In this document: piece after piece, positions 26,224-35,436 of the stretch
How positions within the stretch are numbered: position 1 is the first letter of the stretch
Layout of the letters: the number at the start of each line of letters is the position of its first letter
Virus genome (UHGV): UHGV-0199584
DNA length: 40,081 nucleotides
Source: a virus
Direction: 5' to 3' (one strand)
The notes under the pieces: model-generated
The model's input: the letters and a program-made list of their open reading frames with translations, nothing else
Told to the model about the DNA's origin: nothing
Databases searched by the model: none
Translations under genes and position numbers: made by a program

Positions 26224-29200
26224 TGGCTTGGGCAGTTGAACCGCTAAAGAATGAGAATATGGCAAATTGGCAGATAGAGCCGGCGAGGGTGGCGGAACAG
26301 ACGGTGTTGGACGATGACACGGGGCAGATTTACTGGGCGCCGGTAACTTTTGACGAGCAGGATATCCGTTTCGCCATTGCGACACAGGTCAATAAGGAGC
26401 CGAAACACGATTTTATCGGCAAAGTTAAATATGCGGCGGGTGAGGCGTGGAATTGGGCGGAAAAGTTTGCTGACCGGGTGGAAGGCGGCTTTCAGAGTGC
26501 GGAGCGCGGTGCGGTGGGGCTGGCCGGTCAGGCGCTGGATACCTTTTTGCATGCGTCGTTGTCTGTTCCGGCACGCGTTGAGCAGATTGAAAAATACAAA
26601 AACGGGGATTTTTCCGACTGGGACGCCAGTTTGAACGGGCGGGTAACCGATGAAGACATTGCAAAAGAGACTGATCCGACGATAAAAGCGGCGATGCAGT
26701 TCAGGAAGGACCGGCAGGACGCCCTTATGGCCAAAGCGGAGGAACGGCTGGAACAGCGCCAGCGCATTCGCCGCAAGCTCGATGCCAGTATCAGGAAATG
26801 GCAGGAAGTTCTGCGTCCGGAAGCGGAAATGAACAATTATGACCGGTTTATGGAAGCGATGGGCAGCGGCACGGCGTCCTTGGCATTATCGGTTGCAACG
26901 CTGGCGGCAACCAAAAATCCGCAGGTGGCGGCGGGGATTATGGCCGGCACTTTCGGTCGGATGCGCTATACGGACGTTTTTGACAAGTCCGTGGAAAAAG
27001 GGCTGGACTATGCGACGGCCGATGATTATGCGACGATTGCCGGAACGATTGAGGGCGGAATTGAACTGGCTCTTGAACCGTTTTTGTACGGCGTGGCGAA
27101 TTTGCGCCCGGTTCGGAAAATTACCGACGAGATGATTGGCGGCGCGGTGGCACGGCTGAACGCGACGGCAGCGGGAAAATCCGCCGCAAGAAAGATTGTC
27201 AGCAAGCACAGGCAGAGCGTCGGAAAGCAGAGTTTGAAAGCGGCAGCGATAGAGGGAAGCGAGGAAGCGCTGCAGGAAGCCGGCGGCGCTTATTTTGAAA
27301 ACTATACGGGGCTGGAAAACACGCCGCAGGAGGAAATTATGGCCAGAACCCTGCTATCGTTTGCTGTGGGCGGGTTGACGGGTGCAGGGGCAGCGGTTAT
27401 GGGGACATCGGCTTATAATCGCGAGGCAGCGGCAACCAACGAACGGATTAAACAGAGCCTGGCGCAGGCGTATCCGGAACTGACGACGGAGGAAAAACAG
27501 AAGACGGCGGATGCGCTGCAGGAAATCTTTTACCAAGACGGCGAAGGACGGATGCTAAATAAGCTGGAGTTGCTTGCCGACAAGGAAAACGATCCGGACA
27601 CGCTGGAAAGCGGAAAGCACGAAATTTCCGGGGATATGCGTTCCATCTTAAAAAAACGCTATCAGATGAGCGATGAAGAAATTGACCGGACGGCGGAAAT
27701 TGCGGTGGCGTCCATTGATCTGCGCAACCAGTTTAACGAGGCACAGACGGCGTTTTATGACGAGTTGGTTGAAATCGGGACAAATCCCAATGTTGCGGAA
27801 CCTTTTTCCCGCCTGATGGCAGCGCGTGCCAGTGCGGTGGCCATGAACGAAAAGAAGACGGTTAAAGACGTTTTAGAGCGCTGGAACCTGAAATTTGAGC
27901 GAAAAACCCGTCCGATTGACTATAACGCGCTGCTTGATGATGAGATTTTATTTCAGTCGGAAGCTTACGATATTCAAGGCAAAGCCGATATATATACGCC
28001 GGAGTTTAAGGCTTGGAGCGGTGGAAGTGATGTTGTCGCGCCAGAACAGGCAAAAAGCTATAATTTTGAAACGGGTAAAGCCGTAACTGTCGAGGCTTTT
28101 CATGGCACAAAAACAAAAGGAATTGAAGTATTTGAGTATAACAAGAACAGACAGACTGGAACGGATTATGGAGAGGCATATTACGCAACAACGGATTATG
28201 ATAAAGCATCTGGATATGCTTACAATCAACTGAAAGATAAAAGAGTTATAGATATTGATAACCGCCATAATGCTCTTAAAAAAGAAATAACTGAAATAAT
28301 GTTAAAAGAGGGAAAAAATGAAAAAACAGATCAGCTAATGGCAGAGTTTTCCGAACTTTCTGATAGAAAATATAATATAGTGCAAGCTGGTACAGCTGAG
28401 GATTCCGACGGGGCGATTATGCCAATTTATATGAATTTTAGGAATCCTTTAGTTGTAGATGCTGATAATAAATTTTATTTTCAGGTCTATAATGAGTATT
28501 TTCAGAAAGCACGTTCAAAAGGTCATGATGGAATAATTGTTAAAAATGTAATAGATAATCCTCGCGGAGAGCAAAGGGCTATTGATGTTTTTATAGTTTT
28601 TTCTCCCAACCAGATAAAGTCCGTATATAACCGCGGGGCATTTGACCAAAATAATGACAATATTTATTATCAGGGTGGAGAGAGGCAAAATGACTTAATT
28701 AAACGAACGGATAAAGGCAAATATTTAACTGATGATGAAGTATTGGCGGTTGATAAAGATGCGAAGGATTTTGCAATAAAAATTGCGGCTTTGGAAAAAG
28801 GAGAACTGCCTAAACGAGAACAATTGATAGTTTTAAATAGACTTCCTTCTGCGTATAACGATATAAAGGAGCTTAAAGGAAGAAAACTGCTTATTACACA
28901 GGATGTTTATAAAAAAATTATTGATATTCCTAATAAGTTTAACAAAAATCATAGTGTAGCGCGAAATAGAGCAGTTAAACTTCCTGAATTAGCGGCAGAT
29001 CCTAATTATATTTTACAATCAAAAGCAAAAGACCATGAAAATAGATTTGTCATTGTTACAAAATCTAGGGGTAAACGGCCTGGAGAACGTTTGTCAATTA
29101 TAGTTCAACCGGGTCAAAACGCGGCAGTCGTTTCTGGATATGATGAGAATATAAATATAAGTGAAGAAAAAAAAGCAGGAAGAGTTTTATTTGATAAGAA

Positions 29201-32200
29201 AAAAGAGTTGGAAACAAAGAGTACAACTCTAAACGTTGTGGATGATTCCAACTCTTACGCATCTAATATAGCATCAAAAGAAGAAAATGTCAATAGTTCT
29301 TTGCGTCAGGGGGCGCCGGAAAATGCGCGCGGGGCGTATGATGCGGCAAAGCGGCTGATTACGCTGTTTGAGGGGGCGGATCCTTCGACGCTTGTCCACG
29401 AGGCGGCGCACTTTTTCCTGGATGATATGCGGCGTTTTGCTGACAATGCAACGACGGCAGAGGAGCTGCAGGCAATTTACCGTTATGTCGGGAGTACGGA
29501 CGGGGTATTGACGACCGAGCAGAACGAGTATTTTGCCCGTTCGTTTGAGGCGTATCTGATGGAAGGAAAGGCACCAAACTCTTTGCTGGGCAGGGTTTTT
29601 GAAAAATTTCGCAAATGGCTGCGGGCAATATACAGCCAGATTAAAAACCTTAACGTTAAGCTTGATGATAACATAAGAAAGACGTTTGACGAAATGCTGG
29701 GCGGGCGGAGGCTGGATTTTGCCATGCAGATGAGCCGGGAAAGGCTGGCGGAGGACATCAAAGCGGGAAATATAGGACAGGCAGTCATCAATAAAGCCTT
29801 GCGGCTGTTGGAAGAAGGAAAAATGTCCAAGGCGGATATGGAAGAGATGATCGGCCGCCTGGAAGACGGGAGGCTTAAAAGAAGCGACATCAAAAAATAT
29901 CTGGAGCCGTTTACGCAGAGTACGAACCGGCACCACGAAGCGGTTTACGAGCAGGATTATCAGCGTTACCGCCGCCGGTTGGAGAAGGGAAACGTAACTC
30001 CGGCGGCTGTCCGCAAAAAGATTGACCGGCTGCTTGAGTGGACCAAGCCGCGGACGCAGAACGGCAAAGTGGTGGGGCGGTTTCCGGACATTAAAGTAAA
30101 CCGCTTTTTTGATGCGGTACGGGAGAATATTAACCTGAAGCGGGATGAAGCGTTAGCTAAGATTGACGCGAATTTGCAGCGGCTTGATGAAATCACGCAG
30201 AAAGGAATGTCTGGCGAAGACGGAAATTTTCGCAATGTATCGGATATTATCTGGGAGAACAAGGTGCTGGCAATTCCGGCCGGGCGTGCCAGTGTCGGTC
30301 TGATGGCAGATGTTTACAACGATATTGCGGAAATTTATAATACCGGAAGACTTTCCGAGCGCGTGACAGGTATGGTCAAGCGCGCGTGGCGCGAACGCCT
30401 GATTGGCGAAGCGGTGGCGGTTTTGGATCAGGGGCAAGGGACGAACTGGCGCCGGGAAAGTTCAGACCTTGCCAAAAGGATGCGGCGGTTCGGGCTTTCG
30501 ATGTTTTCGTGGAACGGAATATTGGATGTATTATCCATGTTTGATAAAGGTTCCAAGAGCGGAGAAAGTGCGTTGTCGCGCAATTTGACCGTTTTTAAGG
30601 AAGAAAAGAAAATGCGTTACGGCGTTTATGAAGACGGGGAAACCGTTTCGCGCCTGATGGCCGGGGCGTTGGGGAGCGCTGAGAACGGCGGTATTTCGGT
30701 CAACCGTTATATCAACAAGGTTTTACCGGAGAAGTTTACGATTGAGTGGGGCTCCAACGCCAAACGTTTCAGCAAAGACCAGTTGCTGGATATTTACATG
30801 AAAGCAAAGGATCCGGAAACGCGCGAGATTATGGTAAACGATGACGTTTTGCAGTTTAATGAAGAGTTCTTTTCCCGGGTGGACGAGCATTTGAGCGAAC
30901 AGGACAAAGCGGTGGCCGAGGCATTGTTTCAGTTTTATGAAGAAACGTATGACAAATTGAACCGGTTTTATGAGGAGCATTACGGCATCAGCCTCGGACA
31001 TCGGGAATTTTATTCGCCGCGTTCAATGGACAAGGGCGGAATTGACGTGGTTTCGGGGGATTTGCGGAGTTATGCCGGATTGTCGGCAATCAAAAAGCGG
31101 ACGGCGAAAGGCGGACAGATAAAAATCAAGGGTGCGTTTAACGTGCTGCAGAACTACATCAACAATTCCAACCACTTTATCGCATTTGCCGACAAACTTC
31201 AGGATATTAACGCCGTTTTGGGTGATGCGGAGGTTAAAAACCGTATCCGGAACGTGTTCGGGGAAAAGATGAACGAGAAAATCGCTTATGAGATTTCGCG
31301 TTTTGCCAGCAATGACAAGGTTTATGTGCAAGGTATCAACGGCATTATGTCCAAGCTGCGCGCCAATTATGCAGTTTCAGTGCTGGGGTTGAAACCGTCG
31401 CTGGCGATTAAGCAGCTGACGGGGTTTCCGGCGTATTGGGAAAACGTGCCGACCAAAGACTTTTTGGAAGGGCTGGCCGATTTTGCCCGGCATCCGAAGC
31501 AGGCGATTGAAACACTGGGCAATTCGCAGTACATGAAAACCCGCGGCACGAACATTATCAAGGATTTTGAAGAGGTTTCTAAGTCGGAAATGTTAAAAAA
31601 CCTGGGAACCAAAATCGGTTTGCGGGAATTTCTGATGCTGAACATCCAACTTGGCGACCGCGGGTCGATTTATATGGGCGGCTGGGCGCTTTATAAATAT
31701 ATGCTGAAGAAGACAGGAGATCCGGCGCAGGCAATGGCGGAATTTGAGCGGATTACCAACGAAACGCAGCAATCGAGCTATATGAGCGAGCAATCAGCCT
31801 GGCAGTCCAATCCTTTCGGTAACTGGTTTACGATGTTTCAAAGCTCGCAGAACCAGTATTTACGCAAAGAGCTGACCGCGCTGCGCGGGCTGGCGACCAA
31901 GCGAATGGACTGGGATAAGGCGATGAAAACGCTGTTTATTTACCATTTTCTGCTGCCGATGTTTTTCCAGTTTGTTTCCGATGGCTTCCGCTGGGACAAG
32001 GACGCGCAGCTGCGAGCCGCGGTGCTTGGGTCGCTGAACGGTGCGTTTGTTTTGGGTAAGGTTATGGAGAGAATGGTTGATTGGGCGATTACCGGAACGT
32101 TGAATTATAAACTGGGGATAAAGGAATTGTTTCCGCCGGTATCAGTTTTGGAAAACGGAGCGAAATTTTTATCAGATTCGGTAAAATATGCGGTGGATGA

Positions 32201-32396
32201 TATTTCGCTGGAAGATTATATGGACGCGCTGCGGGGGGCGGTCAGAACCGCGGGCGAGGCAACCGGACTTCCGCTCAAGTACCCGATGGACGTGGCGGCG
32301 GCAAGCGGCGATTATCTGGATGAAGAGGAATACGGCAAGGCCGTGCTGCTGTGGTTGGGCTGGTCGCCGTATGCTCTGCGGGATTTGGAGGAATAA
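26223..32396 (+). CDS. Large ejection / polyvalent protein with ART-PolyVal-like, MuF-C/PBECR-like and zincin metallopeptidase-like domains
   Basis: TPEFKAW...FHGT...GHDGII...FSPNQIKS (ART-like); LVHEAAH...EYFARSFEAY (zincin); 2057 aa. Confidence 0.8.
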   Translation: MAWAVEPLKNENMANWQIEPARVAEQTVLDDDTGQIYWAPVTFDEQDIRFAIATQVNKEPKHDFIGKVKYAAGEAWNWAEKFADRVEGGFQSAERGAVGLAGQALDTFLHASLSVPARVEQIEKYKNGDFSDWDASLNGRVTDEDIAKETDPTIKAAMQFRKDRQDALMAKAEERLEQRQRIRRKLDASIRKWQEVLRPEAEMNNYDRFMEAMGSGTASLALSVATLAATKNPQVAAGIMAGTFGRMRYTDVFDKSVEKGLDYATADDYATIAGTIEGGIELALEPFLYGVANLRPVRKITDEMIGGAVARLNATAAGKSAARKIVSKHRQSVGKQSLKAAAIEGSEEALQEAGGAYFENYTGLENTPQEEIMARTLLSFAVGGLTGAGAAVMGTSAYNREAAATNERIKQSLAQAYPELTTEEKQKTADALQEIFYQDGEGRMLNKLELLADKENDPDTLESGKHEISGDMRSILKKRYQMSDEEIDRTAEIAVASIDLRNQFNEAQTAFYDELVEIGTNPNVAEPFSRLMAARASAVAMNEKKTVKDVLERWNLKFERKTRPIDYNALLDDEILFQSEAYDIQGKADIYTPEFKAWSGGSDVVAPEQAKSYNFETGKAVTVEAFHGTKTKGIEVFEYNKNRQTGTDYGEAYYATTDYDKASGYAYNQLKDKRVIDIDNRHNALKKEITEIMLKEGKNEKTDQLMAEFSELSDRKYNIVQAGTAEDSDGAIMPIYMNFRNPLVVDADNKFYFQVYNEYFQKARSKGHDGIIVKNVIDNPRGEQRAIDVFIVFSPNQIKSVYNRGAFDQNNDNIYYQGGERQNDLIKRTDKGKYLTDDEVLAVDKDAKDFAIKIAALEKGELPKREQLIVLNRLPSAYNDIKELKGRKLLITQDVYKKIIDIPNKFNKNHSVARNRAVKLPELAADPNYILQSKAKDHENRFVIVTKSRGKRPGERLSIIVQPGQNAAVVSGYDENINISEEKKAGRVLFDKKKELETKSTTLNVVDDSNSYASNIASKEENVNSSLRQGAPENARGAYDAAKRLITLFEGADPSTLVHEAAHFFLDDMRRFADNATTAEELQAIYRYVGSTDGVLTTEQNEYFARSFEAYLMEGKAPNSLLGRVFEKFRKWLRAIYSQIKNLNVKLDDNIRKTFDEMLGGRRLDFAMQMSRERLAEDIKAGNIGQAVINKALRLLEEGKMSKADMEEMIGRLEDGRLKRSDIKKYLEPFTQSTNRHHEAVYEQDYQRYRRRLEKGNVTPAAVRKKIDRLLEWTKPRTQNGKVVGRFPDIKVNRFFDAVRENINLKRDEALAKIDANLQRLDEITQKGMSGEDGNFRNVSDIIWENKVLAIPAGRASVGLMADVYNDIAEIYNTGRLSERVTGMVKRAWRERLIGEAVAVLDQGQGTNWRRESSDLAKRMRRFGLSMFSWNGILDVLSMFDKGSKSGESALSRNLTVFKEEKKMRYGVYEDGETVSRLMAGALGSAENGGISVNRYINKVLPEKFTIEWGSNAKRFSKDQLLDIYMKAKDPETREIMVNDDVLQFNEEFFSRVDEHLSEQDKAVAEALFQFYEETYDKLNRFYEEHYGISLGHREFYSPRSMDKGGIDVVSGDLRSYAGLSAIKKRTAKGGQIKIKGAFNVLQNYINNSNHFIAFADKLQDINAVLGDAEVKNRIRNVFGEKMNEKIAYEISRFASNDKVYVQGINGIMSKLRANYAVSVLGLKPSLAIKQLTGFPAYWENVPTKDFLEGLADFARHPKQAIETLGNSQYMKTRGTNIIKDFEEVSKSEMLKNLGTKIGLREFLMLNIQLGDRGSIYMGGWALYKYMLKKTGDPAQAMAEFERITNETQQSSYMSEQSAWQSNPFGNWFTMFQSSQNQYLRKELTALRGLATKRMDWDKAMKTLFIYHFLLPMFFQFVSDGFRWDKDAQLRAAVLGSLNGAFVLGKVMERMVDWAITGTLNYKLGIKELFPPVSVLENGAKFLSDSVKYAVDDISLEDYMDALRGAVRTAGEATGLPLKYPMDVAAASGDYLDEEEYGKAVLLWLGWSPYALRDLEE

Positions 32397-32457
32397 AAAA
32401 AGCGAATGAGGTTTAATTATTATTTAATGATTTATATTTTAGCTATATATTTATAGG

Positions 32458-32487
32458 TTGACAATAATACTTTTTGTATTACATATT
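32458..32487 (+). promoter_or_regulatory. Putative sigma70 promoter of the moron
   Basis: TTGACA-N18-CATATT with an AT-rich upstream region. Confidence 0.55.
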
Positions 32488-32523
32488 GTTAACGGAATGT
32501 TAACCTTTTAAAAGGCTAAAGAA

Positions 32524-33297
32524 ATGAGTTTATTTGATGTTAAGGTTAGTGATTTACCTTCGAAGATTGAATATAAGTGTTTATTAAATGCAATAATAGA
32601 AGTTCGTTTTTCCTCAACGAAACCGGCTGAGATGATAGTATGGCCTTTATATGAAGCACTAAAGGATCAATTTAAGGTGCCTGAAATTACGTCAATAGGA
32701 AGAGTCCCTAGAGAGGTTAGAAATAATTTAGATTTAAAAGAACAGATTTTATATACAATGACTAGTAATGATCGTTTATATACAGTAGGAGTTGGTGATG
32801 GAATATTTCAAATGAATTTAGGTAATTTTAACTATAGTACTTGGGATAATTTTGTGAAGCAGTTCCAAATAGTAAATGATATAATTCAGAAGGATATTAA
32901 TAAAGTTACTAGGGTTGGAGTTCGGTATATAAATATTTTTAATGCACCTGATTCGAATGTCAAGAATTTTACATTTGATTGTAAGCTGAAAAACAAAAGT
33001 TTGTTTGATTATTCCCTGCAATCAGTTTTTGAAGCTCCTATTGATGAAAGAATAGCTAGAATTTCAATTGTTAATCATGTAAAATATAAATATTATGATG
33101 GTAATGGCGTGCCTCAAATAGGTGGCGATAACGCGTTAGCTCTGGATATAGATGTTGTATATAATAGGGACTTAAATAATGATAATATTTTAGATGTTAT
33201 TAACTATAGTCATTTATCTGTAAAAAAGATATTTTTTTCGATGTGCACGGAAAAATTCAAAAAGAATGTTTTGAAACCTCAGAAGGAAAAGAACTAA
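32524..33297 (+). CDS. TIGR04255-family-like protein
   Basis: LLNAIIEVRF, YSTWDNF, RVGVRYINIF and LDIDV motifs; AT-rich. Confidence 0.75.
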   Translation: MSLFDVKVSDLPSKIEYKCLLNAIIEVRFSSTKPAEMIVWPLYEALKDQFKVPEITSIGRVPREVRNNLDLKEQILYTMTSNDRLYTVGVGDGIFQMNLGNFNYSTWDNFVKQFQIVNDIIQKDINKVTRVGVRYINIFNAPDSNVKNFTFDCKLKNKSLFDYSLQSVFEAPIDERIARISIVNHVKYKYYDGNGVPQIGGDNALALDIDVVYNRDLNNDNILDVINYSHLSVKKIFFSMCTEKFKKNVLKPQKEKN

Positions 33298-33298
33298 T

Positions 33299-33925
33299 AT
33301 GTCAAGTTTAGCTTCTCCTGATTGTAATTCTTATGATGCAAACATTTTAAAGGAGATGAATCGTCCTGGTGTTTATTGTGATGTTTCTGAGTATATGCCA
33401 ACTTTGCAGTGGTTTACGAAATATCAAGCTTATGTTAATAATCCTATTATTTCAAAGTCGGAAGATGAAGTTGAGCTAAATACATATTTTTTTCAACCTG
33501 CCATTTCAATTGAAAAAAAGGAATACGAAGCAGTTTCAAGAGTAAAAAGACTGGATGCGACAAGCAGTATCTTAAATATGTTTCAGATATTGAGTGGTCG
33601 AGGAAGTGTATATGAATATTTTAGTTCTAGGCTGCAAAGTATTTTAGAAGATGAACCAGAGATGTCATTGGATGATATATCTTTTGCTAGTTTATATGAG
33701 TTTTCATTATTTGATGATTTTAAACAAGTGGATTTTTCATTGCAGGTAAATGAAGCAGGAAGGGCGTGTTTGCAAAAAACGTATAAAGAGGGATATATAT
33801 TTATAGAGTTTTTTGACTATAATAAGATTTTCTATAATATATTGGTTAATAATAAAGATATTATAAATACAGGTACATATAATGACTTTTTCAAAGATTT
33901 TTACGCAAATCCTATCAGGTGTTAG
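33299..33925 (+). CDS. Hypothetical protein, second gene of the moron (putative antitoxin)
   Basis: Starts 1 nt after the previous stop; acidic; C-terminal alpha/beta domain. Confidence 0.65.
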   Translation: MSSLASPDCNSYDANILKEMNRPGVYCDVSEYMPTLQWFTKYQAYVNNPIISKSEDEVELNTYFFQPAISIEKKEYEAVSRVKRLDATSSILNMFQILSGRGSVYEYFSSRLQSILEDEPEMSLDDISFASLYEFSLFDDFKQVDFSLQVNEAGRACLQKTYKEGYIFIEFFDYNKIFYNILVNNKDIINTGTYNDFFKDFYANPIRC

Positions 33926-34364
33926 AAATGGGGGGTATGAAATATTACCGGATAACCAGCATATTGTTAGGCATTGCCGGGTAGATGAAAAGAAAGGCGG
34001 AGAACTTGAACTTGATGCATTTAAATTACGTGATAAAGATATAAGAATAGCTCTTGAGAAAAACGAGAAGCCCTGTATATCAGTGCAGTGGTGGGAATAC
34101 TGGCATAAGAATCTTACAAAAATAAAAAAGAATTTGGAAAGTAAAGGAATAAAGATAAATCAGCGAAGTAGATTTTGTTGTTTAGATGTAGGAACTGTTA
34201 AAAAAATTGGAAAAGAAAATCATATGAATTTAGATGTAGCTCATACAGGAGGCGGACATGCAGGAATTTATAATGTGTGTAAGAACAACGATGAATTCAA
34301 ATTTAGAAGGGATATGATGTTGGCGGCAAGAGATCGAATACTTTCTGATGATACGTACAATTAG
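33882..34364 (+). CDS. Hypothetical protein with ADP-ribosyltransferase-like motifs (putative toxin)
   Basis: IVRH, AFKLR...CISVQW, LDV...HAGI pattern; overlaps the upstream gene by 44 nt. Confidence 0.55.
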   Translation: MTFSKIFTQILSGVRNGGYEILPDNQHIVRHCRVDEKKGGELELDAFKLRDKDIRIALEKNEKPCISVQWWEYWHKNLTKIKKNLESKGIKINQRSRFCCLDVGTVKKIGKENHMNLDVAHTGGGHAGIYNVCKNNDEFKFRRDMMLAARDRILSDDTYN

Positions 34365-34367
34365 CCT

Positions 34368-34414
34368 CTTGACATAGGGGAAAGTATTTTCTATTATACT
34401 AGCAGATTAAAGGC
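34368..34414 (+). promoter_or_regulatory. Late promoter 2, similar to late promoter 1
   Basis: TTGACA (34369-34374)-N17-TATTAT; AGGGGAAA spacer motif shared with 10927-10934. Confidence 0.7.
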
Positions 34415-34475
34415 TGGACATAGTTCCGGCCTTTTTTGTCAGCAACTGCCCGCGCGTTAGTGCCGGGCTTTTTTT
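34410..34475 (+). terminator. Two tandem intrinsic terminators
   Basis: AGGCTGGA..TCCGGCCT plus T-run (34411-34437); GCCCG..CGGGC plus T7 (34448-34475). Confidence 0.75.
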
Positions 34476-34486
34476 ATGGAGGAAAT

Positions 34487-35428
34487 ATGACAGTCAGTTC
34501 AGGATTAGGAATCATGTCGTATATCGGCAACGGTGCGACAAAAAATTTTGCGGTACCGTATAAGTTTTTTGATGAAGAGCTTGATGTTTACAAGAACAAG
34601 ACATTTGAAAAGTTTGTGAAAAACGTTGATTATGTGATTATGGGCAGCGGCGAGGATGACGGCGGAAGTATTGAATTTGCAGCAGCTCCGGCGGAGGGTA
34701 TGATTATAACAATTGTGCGCAGCGTCGTGCTTAACCAGCTGGTTCGGTTTATTGAGGGGGAGAATTTTCCTGCAGCCGATTATGAGTACAGCCTTGACCA
34801 TATTGTGATGGCTTTGCAGGAATTGTATTAAAAAAATGCGCGTTGCCTGCAGATGCCGCCGGGCGAAGAGGATTTTGAACAGTTTATCAAGAAGTTTATC
34901 AAGCTAGACTACAGCGGGCAGGGAACCAGTTACTGGCAGGAAGAAAATTCCTATGACGCGGGAGAATTGGTTCGGTATCAGGGATATTGGTGGATAAGCC
35001 TTGGAAAAAGCAACAGCGGAAACGAACCGGCTGACGAATCGGAATATTGGGAGAAATTTGCCATTTATAAGTCATACAGCAGCGATGAGCTGGACGGGCT
35101 GTTGGAACAAAAAGCCAATGCAACGGATGTGTATACAAAGGCCGAAGTTGACGGGAAAATACCGGTTGTGCCGCCGGTTATCAAAGCGTCAGACGTTTCT
35201 TTCGGGAATTGGGCGGAAGACAGCTACCTTGAAGGATATAGTTACAGCGCAACGGCGACGCTGCCCGGCGTTACGGCAGGCATGATTCCGATTGTCGCGT
35301 TTAATCCGTCTGATGCGGAGAGCGGCAATTTAGCGCCGATTGCAACGGCATACGACAATACGGTTAAGATTTTTGCCAAGACGCAGCCGGAAGCAGCAAT
35401 TGTGGCGGCAAGCGTTATTTGCCAGTGA
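34487..35428 (+). pseudogene. Tail fibre adaptor protein (T7 gp17 N-terminal-like domain) interrupted by an in-frame TAA at 34829-34831
   Basis: YIGNGATKNFAVPYKF...SLDHIVMALQELY*KNARCLQMP continues in frame into ORF 34853-35428, which lacks an SD. Confidence 0.65.
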
Positions 35429-35436
35429 GGTGAACC

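Noticed and set aside
11174..31793. Numerous minus-strand and alternate-frame ORFs over the structural genes (e.g. 12223-12810, 18974-20074, 29274-29936)
   Set aside because: Shadow ORFs of GC-rich coding sequence without recognisable motifs
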